Assembly (NCBI RefSeq): GCF_902713615.1
Contig: NC_052149.1
Span: 232,102,069 to 232,161,419, forward strand
DNA: 59,351 nucleotides
Direction: 5' to 3'
From: Scyliorhinus canicula
Taxonomy: Eukaryota
Numbering within the stretch: position 1 is the stretch's first letter; each line of letters opens with the position of its first letter. The notes beneath the pieces are model-generated. The model searched no databases and had not been told where the DNA came from. It was given only the letters and a program-made list of their open reading frames with translations. Made by a program: the position numbers and the translations under genes. This document shows positions 38,594-49,367 of this stretch, piece by piece.

Positions 38594-41500
38594 TCAGTCT
38601 GTCCGGTGGTCGAATTGTCCGCTGTGATCTGCGGAGCACCGGGGTTGCAGCCTCTTGCGGAGGCTGGATGGGTGTTGTGTGCTGGGGTACGATGGCGGAC
38701 TCCAGGGAGGGTTGTATCCAAGCTTCATACTCTCCTGGTTCGACCGGGGACTGGGGGCGCTGGGGGCTGGCCGGCGCGGGAGCGCGGAACTGGTGGAGCG
38801 AGCTCGCGGGCTCAGGAGCGGCAGCATGGGGTGTAGGGTGAGAGGTCCTTCTGTGGGGGTAGAGGGGGGACTGGATCCGGCGGGTGCCAGATCCTGGAGG
38901 GATACCGTGTCCTGACGGCCGTCAGGGAACTCGACGAATGCGTACTGGGGGTTGGAGTGGAGCAGGCGCACCTTCTCAACAAGGGAGTCGGTTTTGTGCG
39001 CCCTGACGTGTTTCCTCAGAAGTACGGGGCCCGGTGTCCTCAGCCATGCCAGAAGTGAGACCCCCATGGTAGTGTCCCTGGAAAAAATGAAGAGCCTCTC
39101 GTGAGGGGTCTGATTGGTCGCTGTGCACAAAAAGGACCTAATAGCGTGGAGCGCGTCTGGGAGGACTTCCTGCCACTGGGAGACTTGGAGCTTTCTAGAC
39201 CGGAGGGTCAGTAGGACGGTCTTCCAGACCATCGCGTTCTCCCTCTCTACCTGCTCAAGGCAATGCCCTTGTCGAGACGGTACTGACGCAGCTCGTCGCT
39301 CATGAAGGACGAACCCCGGTCGCTGTGCGCGTAGCTGGGGAAACCAAACAGGTTGAAGATGCTGGGCCCTAATGACTGTGTGGGGGTCATGTCGGGGCAC
39401 GGGATAGCGAATGGGAAACGGGAGAACTCGTCTACGACGTTTAAAAAGTAAACGTTCTTGTTAGTTGAGGGTAGTGGCCCTTTGAAATCAATCGCGAGGC
39501 ATTCAAAGGGCCTAGAAGCCTTGACCAGGTGGGCCCTGTCTGGTCTATAGAAGTGCGGTTTGCACTCCGCACAGATCGGGCAGTCCCTGGTGACCTCTTT
39601 TACCTCCTCGTTGGAGAAAGGCAGGTTTCGGGCCCTGATGTAGTGGACGAGCCGGGTGACCCCCGGTTCGCAGAGGTCATTGTGGATGACTTTCAATCGG
39701 TCAATCTGCGTGCTGGCGCATGTCCCGCGGGATAGGGCATCCGGCGGCTCGTTGAGCTTCCCGGGTCGATACTTAATGTCGTAATTGTAGGTGGAGAGTT
39801 CGATCCTCCACCTCAGAATTTTGGCGTTTTTAATTTTGCCCCTTTGCGAGTTGTCGAACATGAAGGCAACCGATCTTTGGTCGGTGATGAGGGTGAACCT
39901 CCTACCTGCGAGGTAGTGCCTCCAGTAACGGATAGCCTCCACAATGGCTTGTGCTTCTTTCTCGACTGAGGAGTGTCGGAGTTCTGAAGCGTAGAGGGTA
40001 CGGGAGAAAAATGCGACTGGTCTCCCTGCCTGATTTAGTGTGGCTGCTAGAGCTACCTCTGAGGCATCGCTCTCTACCTGAAATGGAGTGGATTCATCCA
40101 CCGCCCGCATGACCACTTTGGCGATGTCCTCCTTGATGCAGTCGAAGGCCTGGCGTGCCTCGGCTGACAGGGGAAATCGTGTGGCCCTAAAGAGTGGGCG
40201 GGCTTTGTCCGCATATTGAGGGACCCACTGGGCGGAGTAGGAAAAGAAACCCAAGCACCGTTTGAGGGCCTTGGGGCAATGGGGGAGGGGGAGTTCTAAG
40301 GGTCCGGGTCTGGGCCCAGGACTCCGTTTTCCACGACATAGCCGAGGATGGCTAGTCTGGTTGTCCGGAAAACACATTTCTCCTTGTTATACGTGAGATT
40401 CAGTTTCTGTGCTGTCTGGAGAAAACGGTGGAGATTGGCGTCGTGGTCCAACTGGTCATAGCCGCAGATGGTGACATTGTCCAAGTACGGAAACGTGGCC
40501 CGCAGCCCGTACTGGTCCACCATTCGGTCCATTGCTCGTTGGAACACCGAGACCCCGTTAGTGACGCCGAAAGGGACCCGGAGGAAATGGAAGAGGCGGC
40601 CATCGGCCTCGAATGCCGTGTAGTGGCGGTCCTCCGGGCGGATTGGGAGCTGGTAGTATGCAGACTTCAGATCCACCGTGGAAAAGGGCCGGTACTGGGC
40701 GATCTGATTAACCATGTCTGCAATCCTGGGGAGGGGATACGCGTCGAGGAGCGTAAATCTATTTATGATCTGACTATAGACGACAACCATGCAGAATGTT
40801 TCCCCGGTTTTAACGACCACCACCTGAGATCTCCAGGGACTATTGCTGGCCTCTATAACCCCCTCACTGAGTAGCCTTCGGACCTCTGCTCTGATAAATA
40901 CCCTATCCTGCAGGCTACACCGCCTGCTACGAGTGGCTATGGGTTTACAGTCCTTTGTGAGATTGGCGAAGAGAGGAGGGGGAGGGATTCGCAGCCTAGC
41001 GAGGCTGCAGATAGTGAGTGGAGGCAGCGACCCGCCGAAGCTGAGGGTGAGGCTCTTGAGGTTACATTGGAAGTCTAGGCCTAATAAGAGTGGCGCTCAG
41101 AGTTCGGGCAAAACGTAGAGTTTGAATTTAGAGTAGCTAGCGCCTCAGATTGTGAGTGTCGCGGTGGTGCGCCCCTGGATCTGGACAGAGTGGGAGCCTG
41201 AAGCGAGCGAGATAGTTTGCTGCACGGGGAAAACGGGGAGCGAACAGCGTCTTACCAGGTCTGGATGTATGAAGCTCTCAGTGCTCCCGGAGTCGAAGAG
41301 GCATGGCATTTTGTACCTGTTGATATGGACCTCTGCCATCGAATTTCGCAGATGCTTCGGGCGTGATTGGTCCAGAGTGACTGCGCTGAGTTGCGGGTAG
41401 TCGGCGGCTCGATCAGCTGTGCTGGAGTGGCCCCGTGATGACTGCCCTCTGAGTTCATAGTCGTATTCTTCCGATGAGTTGTCCGAGCGCGGAGATGCAG

Positions 41501-41850
41501 GTCGGGCCCGTGGATCGCACGTGGCAGGCGGCGAGGAAGATGGCGTCCAAGATGGCGGCCCCATGAGTCGCATGTGGCCGGCCACGTGTTGGAGGTTTGC
41601 CAAGATGGCGGCCCCCATGGATCGCACGTGGTGGGATAGGGCGGAGTCGGGGCATAGGCCGCAGCGTTTCAGGCCCCGCGGGCCTGCGGGTGTGGGGAGC
41701 GATTACTTCGTGCCGCTGGGGAGTTGGAAGCTGGGGCCCTTTTAGCAAGGCACACTCTTGCATAATGGCCTTTCCGCCCGCAGCTGCTGCAGGTCGCATT
41801 GCGGGCCGGGCGGTGCTGCCGCGGGTGCTGGTTCTGGCCGTAGAAATGGC
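38594..41850 (-). pseudogene. Gypsy gag C-terminus and pol, broken by frameshifts and stops
   Basis: CSSCGRKGHYARVC knuckle; protease LFDSGS; RT VDLKSAYYQ...VPFG...YLDN; RNase H SDAS/EKEA/TDQ; integrase CxxC, IDFKGP, SDRG, VEREN. Split across ORFs 41145..41627, 40296..40823, 39247..40377, 38594..39400. Confidence 0.93.
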
Positions 41851-43104
41851 AGGCTGGAGCAGCATAGTGGCTGGCTGGAGCAGCATAGTGGCTGGAGCAG
41901 CATAGTGGCTGGCTGGGGCAGCATAGTGGCTGGCTGGGGAAGCATAGTGGTTGGCTGGAGCAGCATAGTGGTTGGCTGGAGCAGCATAGTGGTTGGCTGG
42001 AGCAGCATAGTGGTTGGCTGGAGCAGCATAGTGGCTGGCTGGAGCAGCATAGTGGCTGGCTGGAGCAGCATAGTGGCTGGCTGGAGCAGCATAGTGGTTG
42101 GCTGGAGCAGCATAGTGGCTGGCTGGAGCAGCATAGTGGTTGGCTGGAGCAGCATAGTGGTTGGCTGGAGCAGCATGGTGGCTGGCTGGAGCAGCATGGT
42201 GGCTGGCTGGGGCAGCATAGTGGCTGGCTGGGGAAGCATAGTGGTTGGCTGGAGCAGCATAGTGGCTGGCTGGAGCAGCATAGTGGCTGGCTGGAGCAGC
42301 ATAGTGGCTGGCTGGAGCAGCATAGTGGCTGGCTGGAGCAGCATAGTGGCTGGAGCAGCATAGTGGCTAGCTGGGGCAGCATAGTGGCTGGGGCAGCATG
42401 GTGGCTGGCTGGAGCAGCATAGTGGCTGGCTGGAGCAGCACAGTGGCTGGAGCAGCATAGTGGTTGGCTGGAGCAGCATAGTGGTTGGCTGGAGCAGCAT
42501 AGTGGCTGGAGCAGCATAGTGGCTGGAGCAGCATAGTGGTTGGCTGGAGCAGCATAATGGCTGGCTGGAGCAGCATAGTGGCTGGAGCAGCATAGTGGCT
42601 GGCTGGAGCAGCATAGTGGCTGGCTGGAGCAGCATAGTGGCTGGAGCAGCATAGTGGTTGGCTGGAGCAGCATAGTGGTTGGCTGGAGCAGCATGGTGGC
42701 TGGCTGGGGCAGCATAGTGGCTGGCTGGGGAAGCATAGTGGCTGGCTGGGGCAGCATAGTGGCTGGCTGGAGCAGCATAGTGGTTGGCTGGGGCAGCATG
42801 GTGGTTGGCTGGAGCAGCATAGTGGCTGGAGCAGCATAGTGGCTGGGGCAGCATAGTGGCTGGAGCAGCATAGTGGTTGGCTGGGGCAGCATGGTGGTTG
42901 GCTGGGGCAGCATGGTGGCTGGCTGGAGCAGCATAGTGGTTGGCTGGAGCAGCATAGTGGCTGGCTGGAGCAGCATAGTGGCTGGCTGGAGCAGCATAGT
43001 GGTTGGCTGGAGCAGCATAGTGGTTGGCTGGAGCAGCATAGTGGTTGGCTGGAGCAGCATAGTGGTTGGCTGGAGCAGCATAGTGGTTGGCTGGAGCAGC
43101 ATAG
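41850..43104. repeat. Minisatellite, 21-bp unit GGCTGGAGCAGCATAGTGG(C/T)T with 17-bp variants, about 60 units
   Basis: Direct inspection; translates as (HYAAPAS/N)n in the gag frame. Confidence 0.97.
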
Positions 43105-43348
43105 TCGGCTTTAATCGACTTACTGCAGAGCCAGCCTGTTACCCGTTGATGAACTCTCAGTGAACTGCAGGCTGACTCTGGACAAGGGTATTTATACAGC
43201 TGCACTAGGGGGAGGAGTCATGGGAAGAGCCAAGGGTGGAGCCCTGTATAAGCTCCTGAGCATTCCCAGAGTTACTCCCCCTAGTGGTCGGATAACGCTA
43301 CTGCGCTTACAAAGACATAGTGTGAATTATCATGTTACATTCACCACA
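43105..43348 (-). repeat. 5' LTR, truncated at its U5 end
   Basis: About 13 substitutions in about 240 bp versus the 3' LTR (manual count). The last ~45 bp and the PBS are missing. Confidence 0.92.
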
Positions 43349-44149
43349 GTGGATTAGCCATAATCAATTGCCCCTTAGTGTCCAGGGATGTGTCGGTTAG
43401 TTTAAGGGGTTGGGCGGGGCACTCTTTGAAAGGGTCGGTGCAGACTCACTGGGCCCAATGGCCTCCTTCTGTACTCTAGTGATTCTACGATTCAATCACT
43501 GGTTTATATTTGAAGCAAACATTGTTTAGACACCGTGATGCGTATTTGGCTTGTGCAGAGCTTTGAGGTGAGATTGGACCGGGAGGACACAGAGTGTAAA
43601 CATTTCTCTGCTCCCTAACATTCCACACCCTGTAACATCCTCCATCTCCAGCCCAGTCTCAGCTCATCGGCCGCTGGAACCCTCATCCGTACCTTTGTGT
43701 TCATAGAAATGCAACGTGCTCCCAGTCCAATAGAGTCTCCATTTTAAATTCACACCATTATCTCTCCCCTCCCTGTCTGTGTAATCTCCTCCAAGCTCAA
43801 CACCCCCCCCCCCCCCCCACCCCCCCCACTGAGATTTCAGCATTCCTCTAATTTTAATTGGGATGTTCAAGAGGCCAGAATGAGAGGAATGCTGAAATCT
43901 CAGTTTGGGGGGGGTGGGGTTGAGATTACACAGCCAACACCATTGTTGGCCGTGCCTTCAGCTGCCAAGCTCTTTAATTCTCTCATTAAACCTGCTTCAC
44001 TCCCTAAAACCAACGACTTTGACCAAAACCTTGATAATTCCTCAGGTGACTTGGTGTCAAAGTGTGCCCGCTGTCTGTGAAGCATCGCGAGATGTTTTCT
44101 TACATTGCCGGTGCTATATAAATGCAAGTTGTTGTTACTGATGTACAGG

Positions 44150-45670
44150 TGACACTGGTGAGGTGAGAGTGACTGCCCTCGACATCAAGGCAGCATTTGA
44201 CCGAGTGTGACATCATGGAGCCCGAGCTAAACTGGAGTCAATGGGAATCAGGGGGAAACTCTCCGCTGGTTGGAGTCATTCCCGGCACAAAGGAAGATGG
44301 TTGTGGTGGTTGGAGGTCAATCATCTGTTGTATGGGGGCTGTTTAGCACACTGGGCTAAATCGCTGGCTTTGAAAGCAGCCCAAGGCAGGCCAGCAGCAC
44401 GGTTCAATTCCCGTACCAGCCTCCCCGAACAGGCGCCGGAATGTGGTGACTAGGGGCTTTTCACAGTAACTTCATTGAAGCCTACTCGTGACAATAAGTG
44501 ATTTTCATCTCATTTTTTTTTCATCATCTCAGCTCCAGGACATCCCTGCAGGAGTTCCTCAGGGTAGTGTCTTAGGCCCAACCATCTTCAGCTGCTTCAT
44601 CAATGACCTCCCTTCTATCATAAGGTCAGAAGTGGGGATGTTTGTGGATGACTGCACAATGTTCAGTACCATTAACGACACCTCAGATAATGAAGCCGTC
44701 CATGTCCAAGAGCAGCAAGACCTGGACAATATCCAGGCTTGGGGCTGGCAAGTGGCAAGTTACATTCCCACCACACAGGTGCCGGGCAATTCCCCGTGTC
44801 TGTGTGGGTTTCACCCCCACAACCCAAAAAGATGTGCCGGGTAGGTGGATTGGTCACGCTAAATTGTCCCTTAATTGGGAAAAAAAAAAAATGGGTATTC
44901 ACAAACAAAACGCAAGTTCCAGGCAATGGCCATCTCCAACAAGAGAGGATCTAACCATCACCCCTCATCATTCAATAGCTTTACCATCGCTGAATCCCCC
45001 ACAATCAACATCCTGGGGGTTACCATTGATCAGAAACTGAACTGGACCCAGCCACATTAATACTGTGGCTACCAGAATGGGTTAAAGGCTAAGAATCCTA
45101 CGGCGAGTAACTCACCTCCTGATCCCCCAAAGCCTTTCCACCATCTACAAGACACAAGTCAGGAGTGTGATGGAATACTCTCCACTTGCCTGGATGAGCT
45201 CAGCTCCAACAACACTCAACAAGCTCGGCACCCCATCCAGGACAAAGCAACCTGCTTGATTGCTCCCCTTCCACAAACATTCGAACCCTCCACCACCGAC
45301 GAACAGTGGCAGCCGTGTGTACCATCTACAAGATGCCCTGCAGTGACTCACCAAGGTTCCTTAGGCAGCACCTTCCAAACCCACAACCACGACCATCTAG
45401 ATTGGACAAGAGCAGCTGATACCTGGGAACCCCACCGCCTGGTGGTTCCCCTCCAAACGACACGCCATCCAGACTTGGGAAATATATTGCCGTCAATTCA
45501 CTGTCGCTGGGTCAAAAGCCTGGAACACACTCCCTAAGAGCATTGTGGATGTACCTGCACCACACGGACTGCAGCGGTTCAAGCAGGTGGCTCACCACCA
45601 CCTTCTCAAAGGGCAATTAGGGCTGGGCAACAAATGCTGGTCTCGCCAGCATCACCCACATTCCTAAAAA
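44150..45670 (+). mobile_element. CR1/L2-group LINE 3' portion (RT remnant GVPQGSVLGPTIFSCFINDL...FVDD), interrupted by two SINEs; same family at 10465-11335 and 14960-15725
   Basis: ORF 44488..44844 RT motifs; YKAQVRSVMEYSPLAWM C-terminal motif; shared tail. Confidence 0.88.
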
Positions 45671-45699
45671 TGTTAAAACTGTGCATTGAATTGTTGGAT

Positions 45700-45825
45700 T
45701 GGATTTTGGATTTTTTTTATTGTCACGTGTACCGAGGTACAGTGAAAAGTATTTTTCTGCAAGCAGCTCAACAGATCATTAAGTACATGAAAAGAAAATA
45801 CGTAATAGGGCAACACAAGGTATAT
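45700..45825 (-). mobile_element. 3' tail of a Rex1-like LINE
   Basis: Minus strand TACTTTTCACTGTACCTCGGTACACGTGACAATAAA followed by (ATCCA)n. The clade call is from recall only. Confidence 0.45.
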
Positions 45826-45889
45826 ATATCTCTGAATCGCTGGAGCTCCTTTGTTAACAGCACTGTGGGAGTACCTACACCACACAGAC

Positions 45890-46480
45890 TGTCATGTCAG
45901 AGTACCTTTAAGAAATGGGTGTTTATAAAAATAGCTGCAGTGGATGTACCTTTAAGAAATTGTGTTTATCAGTGATGTCAGAGTGTGGGTGGAGCTGGGC
46001 TGCCTGTCTGCTTTTATTTTCGCTTTAGGCTGTTTGCAACAGGGTGGGTTTGGTTTTGTTTTAGTTTTGGAGAAGCTGCAGTCACAGCAGGATGTGTATG
46101 ACTCTCTGCAGGCTGGGGAATGTTCATGTGGTGATTTCAAAGTGGTAACTGCTCTCAGTAGAGAAGTTAAACCTGATGTCTGTCTGTAAAAAGGGTTCTT
46201 TTTGTGTCTTATGGATGTTGCAAGGAAAGATTAAGACTTACTTATGGCGTACTGTATTCTTTGGGGATTTATTGGTGTTGATAGTTGTTAAGATATTTAC
46301 TGTGGGTTTATAACACGTTATAAATAAACATTGTTTTAATTTAAAACTACTGTAGATTTCTGGTGCATCACACCTGCAGAGTAAGCCCATGTGCTCCCCA
46401 TAACCACAATGTATTCAAAGTTGTGGGTCAGGTGAACTCCATGATACACTTTGGGGTTCTCTAAACCCTGGCCCATAACA
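45890..46480. mobile_element. Probable solo LTR of a second family
   Basis: TGTCATG...CATAACA termini, internal tandem duplication, AATAAA near 46323; no TSD seen. Confidence 0.55.
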
Positions 46481-46687
46481 CCCATGTGTGGGTTGGTGTA
46501 AAAATAAACCAACCACTTTTTATTTAATCTTATTTTGAGTTTCCTGTGCAAGTTATTCATTCGGGATTGGAAAACTCCAAATTTAAGGGTTGAGAAAATA
46601 GGCCACCATTTCTGAGAGAGGGAAATCAGAAAAACACCTTTCTGTTTATAGACAGATAGTGAGAAGACAAATAAAGTCAGAGTTATC

Positions 46688-47660
46688 GAATCATACAGCA
46701 CAGAAAAGGCCCTTCGGCCCATCGCTTCTGCTGGTCAAAAACAACCATCTAACCATTCTAATCCCATTCCCCAGCACTTGGCCCATTCCTTGTCTGTCTT
46801 GGGATCACAAGTGTTCTGAGGGTCTCCGCCTCTCCCACCCTTTCAGGCAGCGAGTTCCAGACCCTCACCACCCTCTGGGTAAAAAGGATTTTCCTCACAT
46901 CCCCTCTAAACCTCCTGCCCCTCACCTTAAATCTCTGCCCCCTGGTCATTGATCCCTCCACCAAGGGGAAAAGTTTCTTCCTGTCTACCTATGCCCCTCG
47001 TAATTTTATACATCTCAATCATGTCGCCCCTCAGCCTCCCCTGCTCCAAGGAAAACAATTCCAATCTATCCAATCTCTCCTCCTAACCAAAACTCTCCAG
47101 CCCAGGCAACATCCCGGTAAATCTCCTCTGCACCTTTTCCAGTGCGATCACATCCCTCCTGTAATGTGGATCCAGAACTGCACATGATACTCCAGCTGTG
47201 GCCTAACCAACATTTTATACAGTTCTAGCAGAACCCCTCTGCTCTTAAACTCTATGCCTTGGCTAATAAAGGCAAGTATACTATATACCTTCTTAACCAC
47301 TGTATCCACCTGCTCTGCTACCTTAAGGGACAGGTTTGCATGCAATGAAATGAAATGAAAATGAAAATCGCTTATTGTCACGAGTAGGCTTCAATGAATG
47401 TTATTGTGAAAAGCCCCTAGTCACCACATTCCGGCGCCTGTTCGGGGAGGCTGGTACGGGAGTTGAACCGTGCTGCTGGCCTGCCTTGGTCTGCATTAAA
47501 AGCCAGCGATTTAGCCCAGTGTGCTAAACCAGGCCCTAAGGCACACCAAGGTCCCTCTGATCCTCGGTGCTTCCCAGGGTCCTGTCGTTTATCATGTATT
47601 CCCTTGCCTTGTTTGGCCTGCCCAAGTTCATCAACTCACACTTATCCCAATTGAATTCCA
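46688..47660 (-). mobile_element. CR1 LINE 3' fragment interrupted by SINE B; further CR1 pieces at about 3110-3660(-), 8485-10200, 11815-12500, 14090-14460, 26070-26560, 32365-34760, 36070-36600, 56360-57025
   Basis: LYKxLVRPQLEY, TRGxxFKV and FTQRVVxxWNSLP motifs. Confidence 0.88.
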
Positions 47661-47723
47661 TAAATAAGAGCTATTGAAATTAACCTGTAACAAGGCTGAA
47701 GGTGGATTCCTGGACTGGGCATT

Positions 47724-47885
47724 GTGGGCTGATACCCTGGCACTGGGGCCGGTGGGCTGATACCCTGGCACTGGGGCCAGTGGGCTGATACCCTGGCACT
47801 GGGGCCGGTGGGCTGATACCCTGGCACTGGGGCCAGTGGGCTGATACCCTGGCACTGGGGCCGGTGGGCTGATACCCTGGTACCA
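47724..47885. repeat. 28-bp tandem repeat, about 5.7 copies
   Basis: GTGGGCTGATACCCTGGCACTGGGGCC(G/A), with alternating variants. Confidence 0.95.
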
Positions 47886-48493
47886 GGGCTGCCTCCCAGA
47901 GCTTTGACCTAAAGGACTGGAGAAATCGCCCGGAGTTTCTAACCGTTGTGCAGGGAATCCTCTTTCCCACTTTGGGAACCCAGATACCGTTGGGATTTGG
48001 ATCTACCGCTGGGGAGCAGAGCCGAAAGAGGGAATAAATATTTGCATTTACTGCATTATTTATTTGTTATATTGGCCAATTACCACATTGGAAGCCCTCC
48101 AAAATGTGGCCTTTCGATGCTATCCCATCACCAACCTACTTCATTGGGCACCCTGTTCAGACATGGTGTTCTTGGCAACCTACGATAAACCAGGAATAGA
48201 ATCATAGAATCCCTACAGTGCAGGAGACCATTCGGCCCATTGAATCTGTACCGACCCTTCAAAAGAGCCCCCTACCTAGGCCCATGCCCCCGCACTATCC
48301 CCGTGACCCCACCTAACCTTTTGGACACAAAGGGCCACACTACCCGGCCTCTCGAATCGGCTCCACCATTCAGTAAGGCCAAGGTTGGACTTTTATATCA
48401 ATTCCCCGATGGAATCCTCTTCCACAGGGGGCAGAGGAGAGTGGGGTCATGGAACATGTTCACGGCCGAGTTAGACAGGTTTTTGAGACAAGA

Positions 48494-48608
48494 GTTACGG
48501 GGGGCAGGGGTTATGGGGGGCAGGGGTTATGGGGGGCAGGGGTTATGGGGGGCAGGGGTTACAGGGTCAGGGGTTACGGGGGCAGGGTTAACGGGGGCAG
48601 GAGTTATC
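48494..48608. repeat. G-rich ~16-bp tandem repeat next to the gap
   Basis: (GGGGGGCAGGGGTTAT)n inside a decayed CR1 3' end. Confidence 0.85.
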
Positions 48609-48622
48609 AGGCCATGTGTTTA

Positions 48623-48880
48623 NNNNNNNNNNNNNNNNNNNNNNNNNNNNNNNNNNNNNNNNNNNNNNNNNNNNNNNNNNNNNNNNNNNNNNNNNNNNNN
48701 NNNNNNNNNNNNNNNNNNNNNNNNNNNNNNNNNNNNNNNNNNNNNNNNNNNNNNNNNNNNNNNNNNNNNNNNNNNNNNNNNNNNNNNNNNNNNNNNNNNN
48801 NNNNNNNNNNNNNNNNNNNNNNNNNNNNNNNNNNNNNNNNNNNNNNNNNNNNNNNNNNNNNNNNNNNNNNNNNNNNNNNN
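48623..48880. other. Assembly gap (258 N)
   Basis: Run of n. Confidence 1.
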
Positions 48881-48928
48881 ATTGGTTGTGGATGCCGAGT
48901 CCGGGATCGCTCCTGCCCAGCACAGGGC

Positions 48929-49142
48929 TCAGGCCGCCAGTGGGCCGAGGCTCAGGTCCACGTGCTGAGTCAGCCAGATGACCTCGGCACTCTGCTCCCC
49001 CTCCTCTAGTGGTCGGATCGGCCCCGCCAGGTTCTTAAAGTCATAGCGCAGCTTGAAGCTAATGTTCACGCTGCCAGTCTCCTCCTGTGGGATGACCTTG
49101 ATGAAGAAGCCAATCTTGTTGGATTTTCGAAAGGCCACAACG
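48929..49142 (-). CDS. DCTN4: DCTN4 last coding exon ([11 protein letters not shown]...[18 protein letters not shown])
   Basis: tgcag|CGTT...GCCTGA; conserved p62 C-terminus. The 3'UTR runs into the N gap. Confidence 0.95.
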
Positions 49143-49367
49143 CTGCAATGGAAAAAGTGAGTCACAATATGTTGTCAGTAAACCTTAATGAATCACTGAG
49201 CATAGGCCATTCAGCCCCTGTGCCTGTTCTAGCCCTTTGAAAGACTTATCCAACTAGAACAGGTGTGCAACTTGCTCCACAATTCAGTTGGCGCATGGGA
49301 AAAGCTCTCTAAATCTATTAATTAAAACTCTGCGGAAGTCAGTGGTAAGTTTCGAGGGTGAGCCGTG

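Larger units (their letters stand above)
38255..43348 (-). mobile_element. Decayed Ty3/Gypsy LTR retrotransposon
   Basis: TG...CA termini and a 5-bp TSD GTGGA (38250-38254 / 43349-43353). Domain order is gag zinc knuckle, PR, RT, RNase H, IN. It splits a V-SINE. Confidence 0.95.
38080..43492 (+). mobile_element. V-SINE split by the Gypsy element (38080-38254 + 43349-43492)
   Basis: CAGGTTGGGTGGA | element | GTGGATTAGCCAT rejoins into a continuous SINE. Confidence 0.92.

Noticed and set aside
41669-43205. 477/487-aa ORFs as a functional repeat-gag fusion protein
   Set aside because: 17-bp units shift the frame repeatedly, the first knuckle is degenerate and pol is broken.
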